From NCBI RefSeq assembly GCF_009914755.1, contig NC_060936.1: a stretch of DNA of 64,000 nt. One strand, given 5' to 3'. Both the position numbers and the translations under genes were made by a program. The notes under the pieces are model-generated. The model was not told the origin of the DNA. It saw nothing but the letters and a program-made list of their open reading frames with translations, and did not search any database. Shown piece by piece: positions 1-13,069 of the stretch. Numbering within the stretch: the stretch's first letter is position 1; every line of letters begins with the position of its first letter. The stretch comes from the human T2T-CHM13v2.0 reference genome, Homo sapiens.

Positions 1-228
1 CTTTTCCACAGAAACACAAAAATCTGTCTTAATGCAGTAAGGGAGCACTGGGCTGGAATCTTAGAAACCCACATTTGAGCCCACATTGGCCATGCTGTCA
101 GTCACCTAACGTTAGTTAACCTGAGCCTCAGCGTTCGTTTCTGTAAAGAGGGAATATTGGACCAGATCATCTCTGAGGTTTCATCTAACTTTGACTCTGC
201 GTAATACTTTGTTTGAAAAGTACATGTT

Positions 229-528
229 GGCTGGGCATGGGGGCTCATGCCTATGATCTCAGCACTTTTGGGGGCTGAGGCAGGAGGATTGCTTGAGGCT
301 AGGAGTTCAAGACCAGCCTGGGCAACATAGTGAGACCCCCATCTCTACAAAAAAATTAAAAATTAGCTGGACATGGTGGTGCACACCTGTATCCCCAGCT
401 ACTCGGGAGGCTGAGATGGGAGGATTGTTTGAGCCTGAGAGGTCAGTGCTGTAGTGAGCAGTGGTTGCACCACTGCACTCCAGCCTGGGCAACAGAGCAA
501 GACTTTGTCTCCAAAAAGAAAAGAAAAA
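229..528 (+). mobile_element. Alu (older, J-like)
   Basis: Dimeric Alu with A-tail; TSD-like flanks gaaaagtacatgtt / gaaaaatacatgct. Confidence 0.9.
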
Positions 529-1245
529 TACATGCTATGTAGGTGTCATTAGCAAGGATTATAGTAAGACATTTTATCAGGAACCCCAGCATGGACTTCT
601 GTCTTAAGTTGTCAGTGAGAGAACACCTTTAGTGAGTATTCTTGATAAAATGAGGGAGAAAGTGTCAGGCCTATTGTCAGGGGCTGCCTGCTTTCCAGCG
701 TTTCCATTGGAGAAGGAGGGAGCCACTCAGCACAGCAGTCACAGGTCAGTTCAAGCCAGGGGACAAAACAACCCAGTGAAGGGGCTCTTCCGGAGTTTGG
801 TTTTTCAGTCATTAGGCAAGTTTCTTTAGAGAACATTTGAGCTTCCTATTCAATTGATCCCTTCTCCTGCCCAAGGCAAAGTGACAAAGGGTAAAACGAG
901 GCAGCTTCTGTTTATCTTGTGTTGTCATCCTCCTTGGCATCCAGGAGCCTTGCGAGCTTGAGACGCACAAATGCCTGACTGTTGACCTTTTAACATTAGG
1001 GATGTGGTTTCCTGGTATTTGAGTAAGGTGAGTTTTCAGGAAACTGTGTCGCACTGCTGCTTCCTTATAGCCTTTTCAGATTGAGGTCATTATGCTGAAT
1101 TGTCTAAATGGGCTAAAAATGTTTGTTCTCCTGCAGCTGAACTCTTGGTTTTATGTGGAAACGTTTTGTTCTGTAGCTGGTTTGGCAAGTAAGCTCGGGG
1201 GGCAGCCCACCCCACGGAAGTCCTCTGCTTCCTTTTTCCTTGCAG

Positions 1246-1339
1246 CCACAATAACTTTGTAGCCATCCTGGATCTGCCGGAAGGAGAGCATCAGTACAAG
1301 TTCTTTGTGGATGGTCAGTGGACGCACGACCCTTCCGAG
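1246..1339 (+). CDS. PRKAB1: PRKAB1 coding exon (carbohydrate-binding module), (S)HNNFVAILDLPEGEHQYKFFVDGQWTHDPSE
   Basis: ttcct tgcag| acceptor, GAG|gtact donor; translation matches the AMPK beta-1 CBM. Confidence 0.97.
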
Positions 1340-1621
1340 GTACTCTTCCTCCCACCTCTGGTCCTCTGGGTGCCCGCACATTCCAAACAAATCACCTTCC
1401 CAAGAGATTGCCGCTAGGTCCCTTTGCCCAGCTAGTAAAAGTCCCCGTGTGTGGCAGAGCTGAGTAGCAGCACTACCTGTCAGACAGTTGGCATACTTGA
1501 CCAAGATGAGCAGGGTGGCTAGCCAGGAGATGAGGCCTTCCAGCCAGGAATTCCAAGTCCTCTGAAGAATAACTCCGCAGACCTTCCACGTTATGATTTC
1601 TGCCTATCTGTCTCTTCCCAG

Positions 1622-1736
1622 CCCATAGTAACCAGCCAGCTTGGCACAGTTAACAACATCATTCAAGTGAAGAAAACTGACTTTGAAGTATTTGATGCTT
1701 TAATGGTGGATTCCCAAAAGTGCTCCGATGTGTCTG
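1622..1736 (+). CDS. PRKAB1: PRKAB1 coding exon, PIVTSQLGTVNNIIQVKKTDFEVFDALMVDSQKCSDVS
   Basis: cccag| acceptor, G|gtatga donor, in phase with neighbouring exons. Confidence 0.97.
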
Positions 1737-3818
1737 GTATGAACACAGTTATTTTATACCACATGCGTGCAGGTGGGGGCTGTACAGTCTAGACATACTC
1801 TTGTTTCTCTTGCCTCTCTTGAGCTGAAGCTGCCCAGTCAGATAGGCATTTATAGCCCCCACTTAAAGGCCACAGAACTTAATTCCTGTCAGGTTGTTGA
1901 AATTTAGCCCTAAGGGAGCTACAAGTCATTTCCCTGGTCATCTCAGGTATTCAGTAGGTCTGCTTGGCCACAGAACGCAGACAGCAGAAATGGAACCATA
2001 GCTTGATCTCGTGCCAAGGGCAGGGCTGAAGAGGCCCTGGAGGGTGGCACTGAGTCAGTGACAGCCCAGCACTGGGGAAGCCTGTGTCTCATCCCACTTG
2101 TGGTGCCTGAAGAATTTCAGCCTGACAGGTGTAAATGGACACCTCAGTGACCTTAGCAGTCACTTATGTGGTACATTAGCACCTTGTCAGAATCCCTTTG
2201 GGGAGGATGCGGCTCCCCACGGGAAACAGCCTGCACAGCCCAACTCTCCTTGATGGGAAGCTATTTGGTACAGAAATACAGACCCAGTAAAACTTCTCCA
2301 TCTTGTAAGAGCCTTTCAGGCATCGAGGTTTCAATAAATTGCTTTCCCTCCAAGCCCCACAGGAAGAAACTACCTGGAACATGATTCATACAGTTCGGGG
2401 GAAGAGGGTTGCGATCTAAAGTGTTCCCCTTCTTGGAGGCGGGGGCTTAACAATTCCTGGACTCTGAGGGAGGCAGTGGAAAGATGCCCTGGCAGAATAT
2501 CTGGCGCCCTAAGAAAACAGATTCCGTTCGTTGACAGGAGAGTTCTTCATCATTGTCTAGTTAGGCCTGGAAGTTCTGCCACCAGGATTTCTTGTTACCA
2601 GTTCAGAAATCACAGTGGTAAAATGATCACAATGGGCTCACTGTGGTTGACAGTTTGTTGAGCAGGACTTGGAAATCCGAAATCTGTGCTTTTATCTGGG
2701 TAATTAGTCTTTTAGAGATATCATCTAGTTTTTTTGCAGATAGTTGAGAATCAGGGAATGGAGGAAGTGTGCCCAAATATCCTCCAAAATATATAACTTA
2801 CTGATACATGTAATTTTAAGCCACTTACAAGCTTTTTAGTCAAATTTCCACCTAGGGAAAGGAAACGGACCCCTCACTGATACGAAGCTAATTCCACGTT
2901 CTCTACAGACTTCTGTTTCGACACTTACTTCCTCAAAATGTTATTTACTCCTTATGGCTCAGTTTTCTGCACTTCATGCTTTTCTCAGTTTCTTGCTGTG
3001 ATATGGTTGGGTCACATAAACGGGGCTTGTCCCCTGAAAAATGACATTGAGGGAATTGGCAGAGCTGGGGCATAGCAGATTTTCCCTGGACCAGTCCCAG
3101 GATCTGGCGACCAGAACCATCCCACGCGTTCTTTGGATGATGGCTTGGTACCTTCTGGCTGGCCAAACGTCACTATCCAGTGTTCTAGCATTATGAAATC
3201 CTGCTCTTGTAGCAGCTTCTCAGTGTATCTGAATAATCCAGATACTCAAGCAAGAGTTTGGAAGGAACTTGAGTGTAATGGAGTTAAAGAGCCTTTAGAT
3301 ATTGGGCTTTCAATTTTCCCCCCCATTTTGAAATGTGCCTCGTTTAGCCTGTTTTCTCCACGGCCTCTGTGTAAACAGACTGCCTCATCTTCTGTTGCAT
3401 TGCGGCCGGGGGTGCCCATAACTTGGACTTAGCTACTCAATCCTCACTTAGCCTCCAGCTTCTTTGTGGTTTTGCCAGCCCAGCCTGAAGGGAGAAGGAA
3501 GTCTTATTCTGCCGTGCGTGTGGGATTAAGTTATCGAGAATAGCCTCCTTGTGATCTGACGCAGACTCACTGGCTGGGCCGTGTCTTCCACCAGGGCATC
3601 TGAGTTGACTACTGAGTTGTATGCTAGTCACCCAGATTCCAAAAGGGTTTTCTCCTCTCCTCTATTCTGCACTCTTGGAACCAGTGCATCCTTCAAGAGA
3701 ATGTAAATCTGCATTGAGGGAACAAGAGACAAGGAAAATGAGATGATGACAACATAAGTAAGGCTGCTCCTAGAATGCCTGATTTTCAAAGTAAAGTCCT
3801 GTTACCATCTCCCAACAG

Positions 3819-3952
3819 AGCTGTCCAGTTCTCCCCCAGGACCCTACCATCAGGAGCCCTACGTCTGCAAACCCGAAGAGCGCTTTCGGGCACCCCCTAT
3901 TCTCCCCCCACATCTCCTCCAGGTCATCCTGAACAAGGACACGGGGATTTCC
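3819..3952 (+). CDS. PRKAB1: PRKAB1 coding exon, ELSSSPPGPYHQEPYVCKPEERFRAPPILPPHLLQVILNKDTGIS
   Basis: aacag| acceptor, TCC|gtaagt donor; AMPK beta PPILPPHL motif. Confidence 0.97.
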
Positions 3953-5037
3953 GTAAGTATGTGGGCATCTGCCCGGACCATCCGCCGTGGGTCATGTTCA
4001 GTTGCTTTCTTTCCTGTGTCCACCTCTTGCAAAGCAGCTGGTGAGCAAGCTCAGTGTCACCCCCTAGTGTGAACTGTGCCGTTCACCTCTGCTGTGGGGA
4101 TGGGCTGATAACAAGAGGTTCCCAGTGTGGACACCGCTGCCTCGTCTTGCAAAGCCTTTCTGCACTACTCTTCCTTGTCCTTCACGCCTGCCTCAGTCTA
4201 AGCCCTGTTCAATTTACATTTCATGACAAACTGTATCACCATCTCTTCTTAGTAAGCTACATGCTCTGGCCCCCACATTTTAGAATCTAGTTTTAATCAT
4301 TCAATTGCTTTTAGAAATATCAGTACTCCTGGATCAAAATTTGGGATATCTAGGTAACACACATTTCTCCTCCGGGAAATTATTACATGCAGAAAAGAAG
4401 TGTGTGTCCTCCTGGATCTTGAAGAACAGCCAGTTCTGTTGTGATTCTGTTTTCTGTTCCATCTAACCTGGATTGCCTGCCCAGTCCGCCTAGCTCTGGG
4501 ATGCATGGCACAGCCGTAATTCTTGGGAATCCAGGAATTCAGCTTGGTCCAAGCTACCTCTTAAGAGGCATTGTTTACGAGGTGCTTAAAGTAACCATGC
4601 TGCTACTGAACACTCCACCCTGAAGTGGAGGGCATGTGTGCTGAGACGAGGAATGCACGTGTACACATGCAGGTGTCCCTACAGTGGTCCCTGCCGGGCT
4701 GCCAGGACAGGGTCTCAGTGCTTGTTACCCTACAGGGTACCCAACAGGGCTTGCCTTTCTCAGGTCACCTCCTGTGCTGGGAGTGCCCCTGCAGCTGGGT
4801 AGCCATCCTGGTATAGGCCCAGAAGAGGCCAGTGGTAAGGACAGCACGCCTCAGCTGGCAGGGCCCACCATCTTTCCAGCACTGAGTTGGCAACAGTCTC
4901 AAATAGGTCACAGGTGAAGAGTTTCAAGGACATGTAGCTTCTGCCTTAGAAGCACTTAGTTGACACTGCTTCCCTTAGCTCTAACTTTACAAAGGTTGGT
5001 GGGTAAGATGACTTTCAGTGCCCTCCTAAGCTAGTGA

Positions 5038-5348
<311 letters not shown>

Positions 5349-5499
5349 GGTTTTGTTTTTTCTAGAAAAGGGAGGCATCACTAGCCATCTTCTCTGATGG
5401 AGACTGCTGCTGGGAATAGACAAGCTGAGAGTGGCCCAGGGGGCTGGGAATATGAGAATGTCAGGACCCCTCTGTCCAAGGTAGCACTAAGCTCTAATG

Positions 5500-6430
5500 T
5501 AAACTGTGGTTACAGTTGTCACTACTAAAGGGTTAACATTTATTTTGCCCCAAACTAATCTTAAGTGCTTTTCGTGTATTCTTATTCAAGCCTCACAACA
5601 ACCATGTGAAGTAGGTGCAATTATTACCCCCATTTTAGGGATGGGGAAACTGAGGCACAGAGCAGTAGGGAGAACACTTAAAATCTACTGTCTTAGAGAT
5701 TTTCAAGAATACATTGTTACTAATAGTCACCGTGTTGTACAGTGGATCTCTTGAACGTATTCCTCCTGTCTAACTGAAATGTTGTATTCTTTGACCAGCA
5801 TCTCCCTACCCCCACCACTCCTAGCCGCTGGCAACCACCACTCTACTCTCTACTTCTGTGAGTTCGACTTTCTTGGATTCCACATAAGTGACATCACATG
5901 GGATTTGTCTTTCTGTGCCTGGCTCATTTCACTTAATGTCCTCCAGGTTTATCCATGCTGTCACAGATGACAAGATTCCTTTTGTAAGGCTCAGCAGCAC
6001 TGCATTGTGTATCAGTACCTCATTTCTTTATCCATTCATCCATTGTGGACACCTACGTTGATTCCACGTCTTGGCTATTATGAATAGAGCTGCAGTGAAC
6101 GTGGGAGTACAGATATCTCGACATGCTGATTTCATTTCCTTGGAGTATCTACCCTGTAGTGGGATTGCTAGACCATGTGGTAATTTTAGTTATAACTTTT
6201 TAGGAACCTTCATGCCATTTTCCATAATGGTTGTACTAATTTACATGCCCATCAGCAGTGCACTAAAAGTAGCTTTTAAGTGTTCTCACCACAAAAACAT
6301 GGTAAGCATGTTCTGCGTGTGTTGATGAGCTTGATTTAGCCATTCCACAATGTGTCCATATTTCAAAACAACATATTGTACATGGTAAATATACATAATT
6401 TTATCTGTCAATCTTTGAAATTGATTAATT
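5500..6430. mobile_element. MIR fragment followed by old L1 (L1M) 3'-end fragments
   Basis: ccccattttagggatggggaaactgaggcacaga MIR core; L1M 3'UTR-like text (ttctttatccattcatcc...). Confidence 0.7.
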
Positions 6431-7216
6431 TTTTAAAAACCCCTCTTAGGCTCACACAGCAACTGGCTGAGCCAGCAGTCACATCAGGCTTGGCTGGTGC
6501 CAGATCCTTGGTAGTTGGTGCTCTCAGCAGCCACCCTGAATGGCCTCCCAGCGGGAGCTTGCTGAGTATTTGTTGACACAATGATTGGCCCAGCCTCTGG
6601 GATCCTAAGCCTACAGCAGTTGTTCTACACTTTTTTCCATTTGAATTGCATTTATAACAGTTGGGGGTATACAATGAAAAAATAAATCCCGATTTCTGGC
6701 TTCTCTTAAAACATAGGAAGGTGCGGCGGGCAGCTCTGAGTGCCAGCCCGGTGGCAGATTTTCCAGAGTAGTGGTGTCTTGCCCAGGTATCCGTTTCATT
6801 CTTCAGGTTCATTGAGTCTTACAGATACAAGTTTTGAATCCATTGCTCAGGAGCGTTTAGTGCAGATGGTCTCTTCCTGTGTTCTCTGAAAGTGCTGTTA
6901 ATAGCTGCTTTCTTCCTGCCCCACCCTCCATAAGAGGACAGGGCCGTGGCCCACACTTGAAAGAGGCCGGGGTAAATGCCTGGCCAGAGACACACACCGA
7001 TGCCTCCAGCAGGCATGCAGGGAGCTCCCTTCAGGTCAGAAGGCGTGACCTTCATCTCACCTGTCGTCTTGGACAAGCCCTTGCGCTGCCTGATTTGGGA
7101 AGAGAGGTCGGCCTGAGCGCTGCCTCCTGTCCTTTGATATCTGGCACTGGGAAGTAAAGGGGAGAATCTTGGTTTCCAAATCCCAAATGCTCACCGCTGC
7201 CTTTGTTCCCTCACAG

Positions 7217-7285
7217 TGTGATCCAGCTTTGCTTCCTGAGCCCAATCACGTCATGCTGAACCACCTATACGCGCTGTCTATCAAG
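7217..7285 (+). CDS. PRKAB1: PRKAB1 coding exon, CDPALLPEPNHVMLNHLYALSIK
   Basis: cacag| acceptor, AAG|gtaatg donor; alpha/gamma-binding domain signature HVMLNHLY. Confidence 0.97.
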
Positions 7286-7531
7286 GTAATGACATGTCTG
7301 TCCCCATGAGAGCTGTGTTGCCCAGTGTGTGCTCTGAGGACCCCCAGCAGTGGAATGACCTGGCGGGACTGACTTAAAGGGCAGCTTCCAGGGTCTGGCA
7401 CAGGCCATCAGGCTCAGGTTCTGAAGCTGGCCCGGGAATTTGTGGTTTTATGAAGCCCTTAATGATTCTCATGTCCTCTGAGGCTTGAGCCCCTTAGTCC
7501 AGCCTTTGATCATTTCCACCTTGTTCCTTAG

Positions 7532-7609
7532 GATGGAGTGATGGTGCTCAGCGCAACCCACCGGTACAAGAAGAAGTACGTCACCACCTTGTTATACAAG
7601 CCCATATGA
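7532..7609 (+). CDS. PRKAB1: PRKAB1 last coding exon, DGVMVLSATHRYKKKYVTTLLYKPI*
   Basis: cttag| acceptor, TGA at 7607-7609; exon lengths add up to the known 270-aa protein if the first exon completes codon 108. Confidence 0.97.
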   Translation, partial: DGVMVLSATHRYKKKYVTTLLYKPI

Positions 7610-8900
7610 AGAGCTGGGGGCGGATGGTGGCCCAGGAGACAGCACACCACCAGGCTCCACACGTGCATGCTTTCCCCAAGAGGGAATGGACTGTACATTG
7701 CTCATTTCACACTCTTCAGAAGACATTTCATACCTGCCCTGGTCCTGCTTGAAGGTTTGTCCAGGCAGAGCAGCTCCTGCAGCGCCTCGGTCTGTGACAG
7801 TCCTCCTAGCACCCCCATGGCTTTGAGCCTCGGGGACTCATCAAGTCCAAGAAAAGAGGGAGGGGTGGCAGAGGATCTGCAGCCCTGGCCCCGCGGTGCA
7901 TGAGGCTGGGTGCAGTTCTAAACCTACATTCTCGATTTTTCTTAAGCCAAAAATGAATGCTAACTCCTTTGCCAGTAAAATTCTGGGAAACAGGGACTGA
8001 GGCCACACATCATTTCCAGTCATCTGTGTGTTTTTAAGGCCAGCCACTTGTCCCTGTTGAGGCCTGGCTATGGAACTAAATACAGTGTTGGTCTTGCCTG
8101 TCCTTCAAAATCAACAACAGATTGTCTCTCGGCTCCAGGGAGGTGTCATTTCTATAGAAATTAGAAGCTTTCTGATTTCTAGATGAGGTTTTACAATTGT
8201 TTCTTACAGTCATGTGCACTAAGTACTCTTTTTGTAAGCAGAGGTGGCTGGCTCTGCAGCCTTAAGGCCATTTTTTAAGTCACCACGTCTAGAAGTCACA
8301 TGAACTCTGCTCAGCAATAATCTGTTCTCAGAACAGACTTTTCAACCTGCTGCCGGATTTCTCCATTCAGCTGGATGATCCTCAGGACTGACCAGTTAGC
8401 TGGCAGGTTGTCCAGCTTTTTATTCCAGTCATAATAGGTGACAGTGTTAACCGTGAAAACTTGAGAGGCACTCTGCCCTCTTCCCTATAAAATCACACAG
8501 CGTGATTTTACAAGGTCCCGTGGCACCTTGCTCAGGACCTCTGCCCCTAGTTAGCAAGACTGCAGCAGTTGCTGTTGCTTATTCTGAAAGGAATGTAGAA
8601 CTTGACAGCAGCCTTCTGAGTCTGGGTCAGGAAGATGTCCTTTGGACCAAAGCAGACTTCTTTATACGCAGCTCAGTTTCCCGGGAGTCGCCACAGATGT
8701 ACCCACTAGCCCAGGTTGCTGTGAGTCAGCGGAAGCTCCCGTTATGCCCTTTGCTCCTGGTGGGAGAGGGAGGAGTGAGCTCCCTGGGTTCCAGTATTTA
8801 CTTGGTATACCTGAGTTTGGGGGTACCCTTTTTTGTGACTTTTCAAAACAGTGAATTACTGTCACCTTGATGGACAAGTTTCAATAAAACTTTGTAAAAA
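7610..8900 (+). other. PRKAB1: PRKAB1 3'UTR
   Basis: Runs from the stop codon to AATAAA at 8883-8888; cleavage position approximate. Confidence 0.85.
8883..8888 (+). terminator. PRKAB1 polyadenylation signal AATAAA
   Basis: Canonical hexamer about 1.27 kb after the stop codon. Confidence 0.8.
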
Positions 8901-10218
8901 TAATTGGACATGTGCCTGGAGGAGCTCTGATTTTATTCAGTCCCTTGGAGAAGAGACTGGAACTCTTCGAGAGTTGCGTTTCAGTACCGTTCTTGTGGCT
9001 CTGAGCGGACAGGGCTACTCCAGCTGCCCAGGCCTGAGAACCAGTCCTGTGACTCACACCCATTCACACAGTTTGGAACCTTAAGGGACCCCTAAAACTG
9101 AGCCCCTCTGAACAGCTCAAGTCACAAGGGGAAGCTGAAGAGGGGTAACAGCAGAGGCTCCTGGCTTCGGCCAGTTGTTGGTGTCCCCAGGCCAGAGGGT
9201 TTGTTTCCTTTTGCTCCTAAACAAGCCCGGTGGGACAGCCTGGGATCGTGACCCTGGCGTGTGAGAGAGCAGGACGTTGTGGAGTCAGAGCTGTTTTCAT
9301 CCACTAAAAGAGGCCGTGTCCCTCCTCCAAAAAGGTGGAAGGTTATGGGTGTTCCTTTAAGCCTTCTCAGGTATCAGGAAACATTTTAAATTTAGCAGAA
9401 AAGCATGCTAATGAGCTCTACCCACTGGTGCAGAAAACCCAAGCTGAAAATGCTATGTAAAATAAGACTGGTTTACTGGAGCCAGTCACCCCATGAGTTC
9501 TCCAAGCCCTGGGGCCACAGGGGACTTCCAGGTGAGGTCACTGCTGAGATGATGGAGGAGACACAAAACAAGAGGACATGGTCAGAGACAACACATCTCT
9601 GTGCGTATTCAAAGGATTTCATTTTCTTTAAAAAGCACATTATAGTCGGAAAGCCTGCCCACCAAGTGAAAGCCTCCATACCCAAGAAGCTAAAGGTTAA
9701 TGGTGATTTTACAAAGGTGGAAAAGGAGACCTTGTTTTGCCCAAATCACAGGGGCAAAGCCATATGTCAAATCGTGTCCTATGACCAAGTAATCCTTTCT
9801 TCATTAGCATTTCCTTTATGGGTGAGGACTTAGTTAAAGCTTAACTCAAATTGCTTTTCAATGAAGATACATTTTTCCCTCTAGAAGCTGATATACAGAT
9901 GAATTTATAGAGCCAAATTAAAGCCTAAAAAATTACTAAAATGTAAATCAGTATTGCAGGGCTAAGGCCACAAACAGGAAGTCAAAAGGCCAGACAAGAA
10001 AATTGTGCCTGCACCTCAGCTAGCTCAATTAGGAAATCTCCAAGGCTCCTAAAAGACTGAGAGAAAAAACCTGGAACATCATGATACGATCTGTGGCTGA
10101 GGTCAGAGACTGAACGAGCCAGTCTAGGAAAGAACAAAATTTCATTTTAATTCAGTTCCTTTTGTATGAGCACAGTTTCACTTTCAAGCATTTACTTCCC
10201 ATATCTGATCCTCCTCTG

Positions 10219-10602
10219 CTATTGTGTCACCTTCAAAATTCAAATGTCCCCAATGTGATAGTATTAAGAGGTAGGGCCTTTAAGAAGAGATTAGGTCATG
10301 AGAGCCCCTCCTCTCATGAATGAAATTGAGGTTCTTATCAAAGAGGCTTCAGGCAGCATTCAGCTCATGTGCCCTGGCACCTTCTGCCATGTGAGGACAC
10401 ACAGCTTTTCTCCCCTGCAGAGGACCCAAGCACAAGGCGCCATCTGGGAAGCAGAGAGTAGCCCTCACTAGACAAGCAAACCTGCCCATGCCTTAATCTT
10501 GGACTTCCCAGCCTCCAGAACTGTGAGAGAATGAATTTTTGTTCTTTATAAATTACCCATTCTCAGGTATTTTGTTAAAGCAGCACTAAATGGGCTAAGA
10601 CA
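10219..10602 (+). mobile_element. MaLR LTR (MST/MLT1A-like)
   Basis: cttggacttcccagcctccagaactgtgaga...ttataaattaccc...gcagca...ctaagaca. Confidence 0.8.
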
Positions 10603-11517
10603 TCCACCAATGTTTACAAATGGTTTGAATGAATTGATGAAGACCCAAGACATGGACCACTCATCAAATCATAAAGTTTCTGAGGAATAAAAGCTTCAGC
10701 ACTCATCTTGGCCAGCAAATTAGTGGAGAAACAAACTAGAGCCTTCTGCCCTGGTATGCCAACTATAATTGTCTTCAGGAGAAAACATGGAAGTTGTAGA
10801 TACGTATACATTTCTTCTAAAACCCCAGTCATCCCTATTAATTGTAAAAACATCCACAGGATCCTCCTAAGAGTCATCGTCACTATAGTGAGTCAGACAT
10901 TTGGAGAAGATCCCAAAAGCTGGAGCAGCAGCCGGAGCCCCGTCTCTGGGACCCCAGCCACTGGCTCTAGAACGAGCCACCAGGCTCTGCCCTCAGGGTG
11001 GGCTCCCACAACTACATTGTCGTCTTGTCTTTCATACAACTAAAGAGCCTTTCCCCAGATGAGGATGCCAGCTCTTACTGCTACCTCCCCCTAAAAGAAT
11101 TCACCCATCCCATCTGAAATACTCAGTGGCCAGTGAGAACAGGCCAAGATGTGTATACCCTTGGTCGATTTTTTGTTTCCTTTTTTGTGGCTCTCTGAAA
11201 GACAGCCTGACTTATGCAGAGTAATAAAGTCATTTTCAAGGTTCTTTCATCTACCTCTAACAATCTCTCTAGGGCAAATAGAGTTCCGTTCATCATTAAC
11301 AGACTCAAGGGAAAACAAAGTGATCAACACTGGACTCTATTTCCACTACCCCCACCCTCCCCAGCTTCAGGAAACAGCTTCAGCATTTGAGTGGGCAAAT
11401 AAGAAACTATTTTTCTCATTTAACACTGTAGGCCTAGAGCCACGGTCTACATGCTTTAGACATCATTAGCAGTATTTAAATTGCCAAGGAAGACATGGGA
11501 CTAAAACTAGAACAGAC

Positions 11518-11738
11518 CACGGTTTCTCAACCTTGGCACTATTGAGGCTTTGGGCCAGATAATGCTTTACAGTGGGGGGCTGTCCTTTGCCTTGTAGGAT
11601 GTTGAGCAGCATCTCTGACCTCCACCCATTGGATACCAGTAGTACTCCCGAGTTGTGACAACCAAAAATGTCTCCAGACATTGTCAAATGTCCTCTGGGA
11701 GGAGGGAAGCAAAATCTCCCCATGGCTTAGAACCAGTG
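11518..11738 (+). mobile_element. MER20 hAT-Charlie DNA transposon (further copies at ~31810-32018 and ~60840-61053)
   Basis: tttctcaaccttggcactattga...gtgacaaccaaaaatgtctccagacattg...agaacca. Confidence 0.8.
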
Positions 11739-13069
11739 GAACAAGCCAGTGTAACCACTGTATTCTGAGAATGGAATCTGAGCTGGCCCCCACGAATGCT
11801 TTCTATAGCAAATCACATTCAAGAGGTCCAATTCTGAAGACAGTCCTATTAAGCAAATTCTCTTTTGGCCTAACCCTCCAAATCCTAAAGTTCCATGGTT
11901 ATGGAATTTGCTATGCAATCAACCTCTTTAGTCCGGTGACAATTAAGTTGTAAGCGCAGAAAACATGACATCTAATTTTGTGCTTATGAAACAGGAGTGG
12001 CCAGCATGAAGAGTTAGGCCTCATTTTACGGTGTGGCTGTGGAATTGGTTGGTTGTTTCTTTCGGGCTATTCCTTAGGGTTCAAACACTCTTCCTTGGCA
12101 CTTCCTTTTGAAACCAAACTATGTTGACTTAGCTTTGGAAGTTTTCTGTGACCTCCCACAATCCTCTAGACAATCACTGAAATGCTTGGTTGATATTTAA
12201 CAGATGTTTTTCTAATGCTACAAGGAAAGAAAGGTTCACATTTCACCACTTCATCTTCTGAATTATTTTCATTCTTACAACTACGACCTTGTGGCAGATT
12301 TTCATGCCCAACAGTAACATCGAAAAGAACAGAATTGCATCTGTGGTTCCCATCACAAGCAACAAAGACAGATACGACTCTGCGAGTCCAATTTTGACCG
12401 TGGTCAGACGACTTCATTAGAAAATAAAAATTCAAAGACTACAACCCACAGGAACCATGAAAACAAAAACATCACCATTTGCCAAAACCCGTTTGTCTGG
12501 ATCGAGCAAGTTTATACTAACAAACTAAAGAATGAGAAAAAATTTATCTTGCAGACTGTAAAAGTTCCTCTACTTAAAAATGGAAGTATTTTCATTTTTA
12601 ATTACCTTTGATTTGAATTCTTCTCTACAAAGAAATCTACATTATTAAATTGTAGTTGGCCTTTTAATAGATGAAAGATATCTTGAGCTGACCTGTTCCT
12701 GGTTAGCTGATTATAGAACTGGGTAATCCATTCTTCAGTAATCCTTTCCAAATGTCCTGTGTGACTGCTTGAAGAGCTTTCCAGCTCTGCAGTCCTATAA
12801 AATGACCTTAATAGCCAGTTCATGGTTCACTGGAAGTATTGACCAAATTTCCACAGTCAAACTCTTGGCAGAGAATGTCACCAATCGCTTAATTCCAGGA
12901 TAGCAGTGTGCCCTAACCACCACGTGGCTTCCTCTATCCCACTCCAGAGGAAAACCCTCCCCACAACGTAAAGAAGGTCCCATCCATGATAATACACCTA
13001 CACTGACACGCTGGTGATAGTTTTTCTTTCACAGTCTCTCAAAAAAAGAAGAGGTCATTGCACTAAAGC

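Noticed and set aside
8321-8337. Palindrome tctgttct-c-agaacaga as a steroid-receptor element
   Set aside because: Half-sites are everted with a 1-nt spacer rather than AGAACAnnnTGTTCT; an 8-bp stem is plausible by chance
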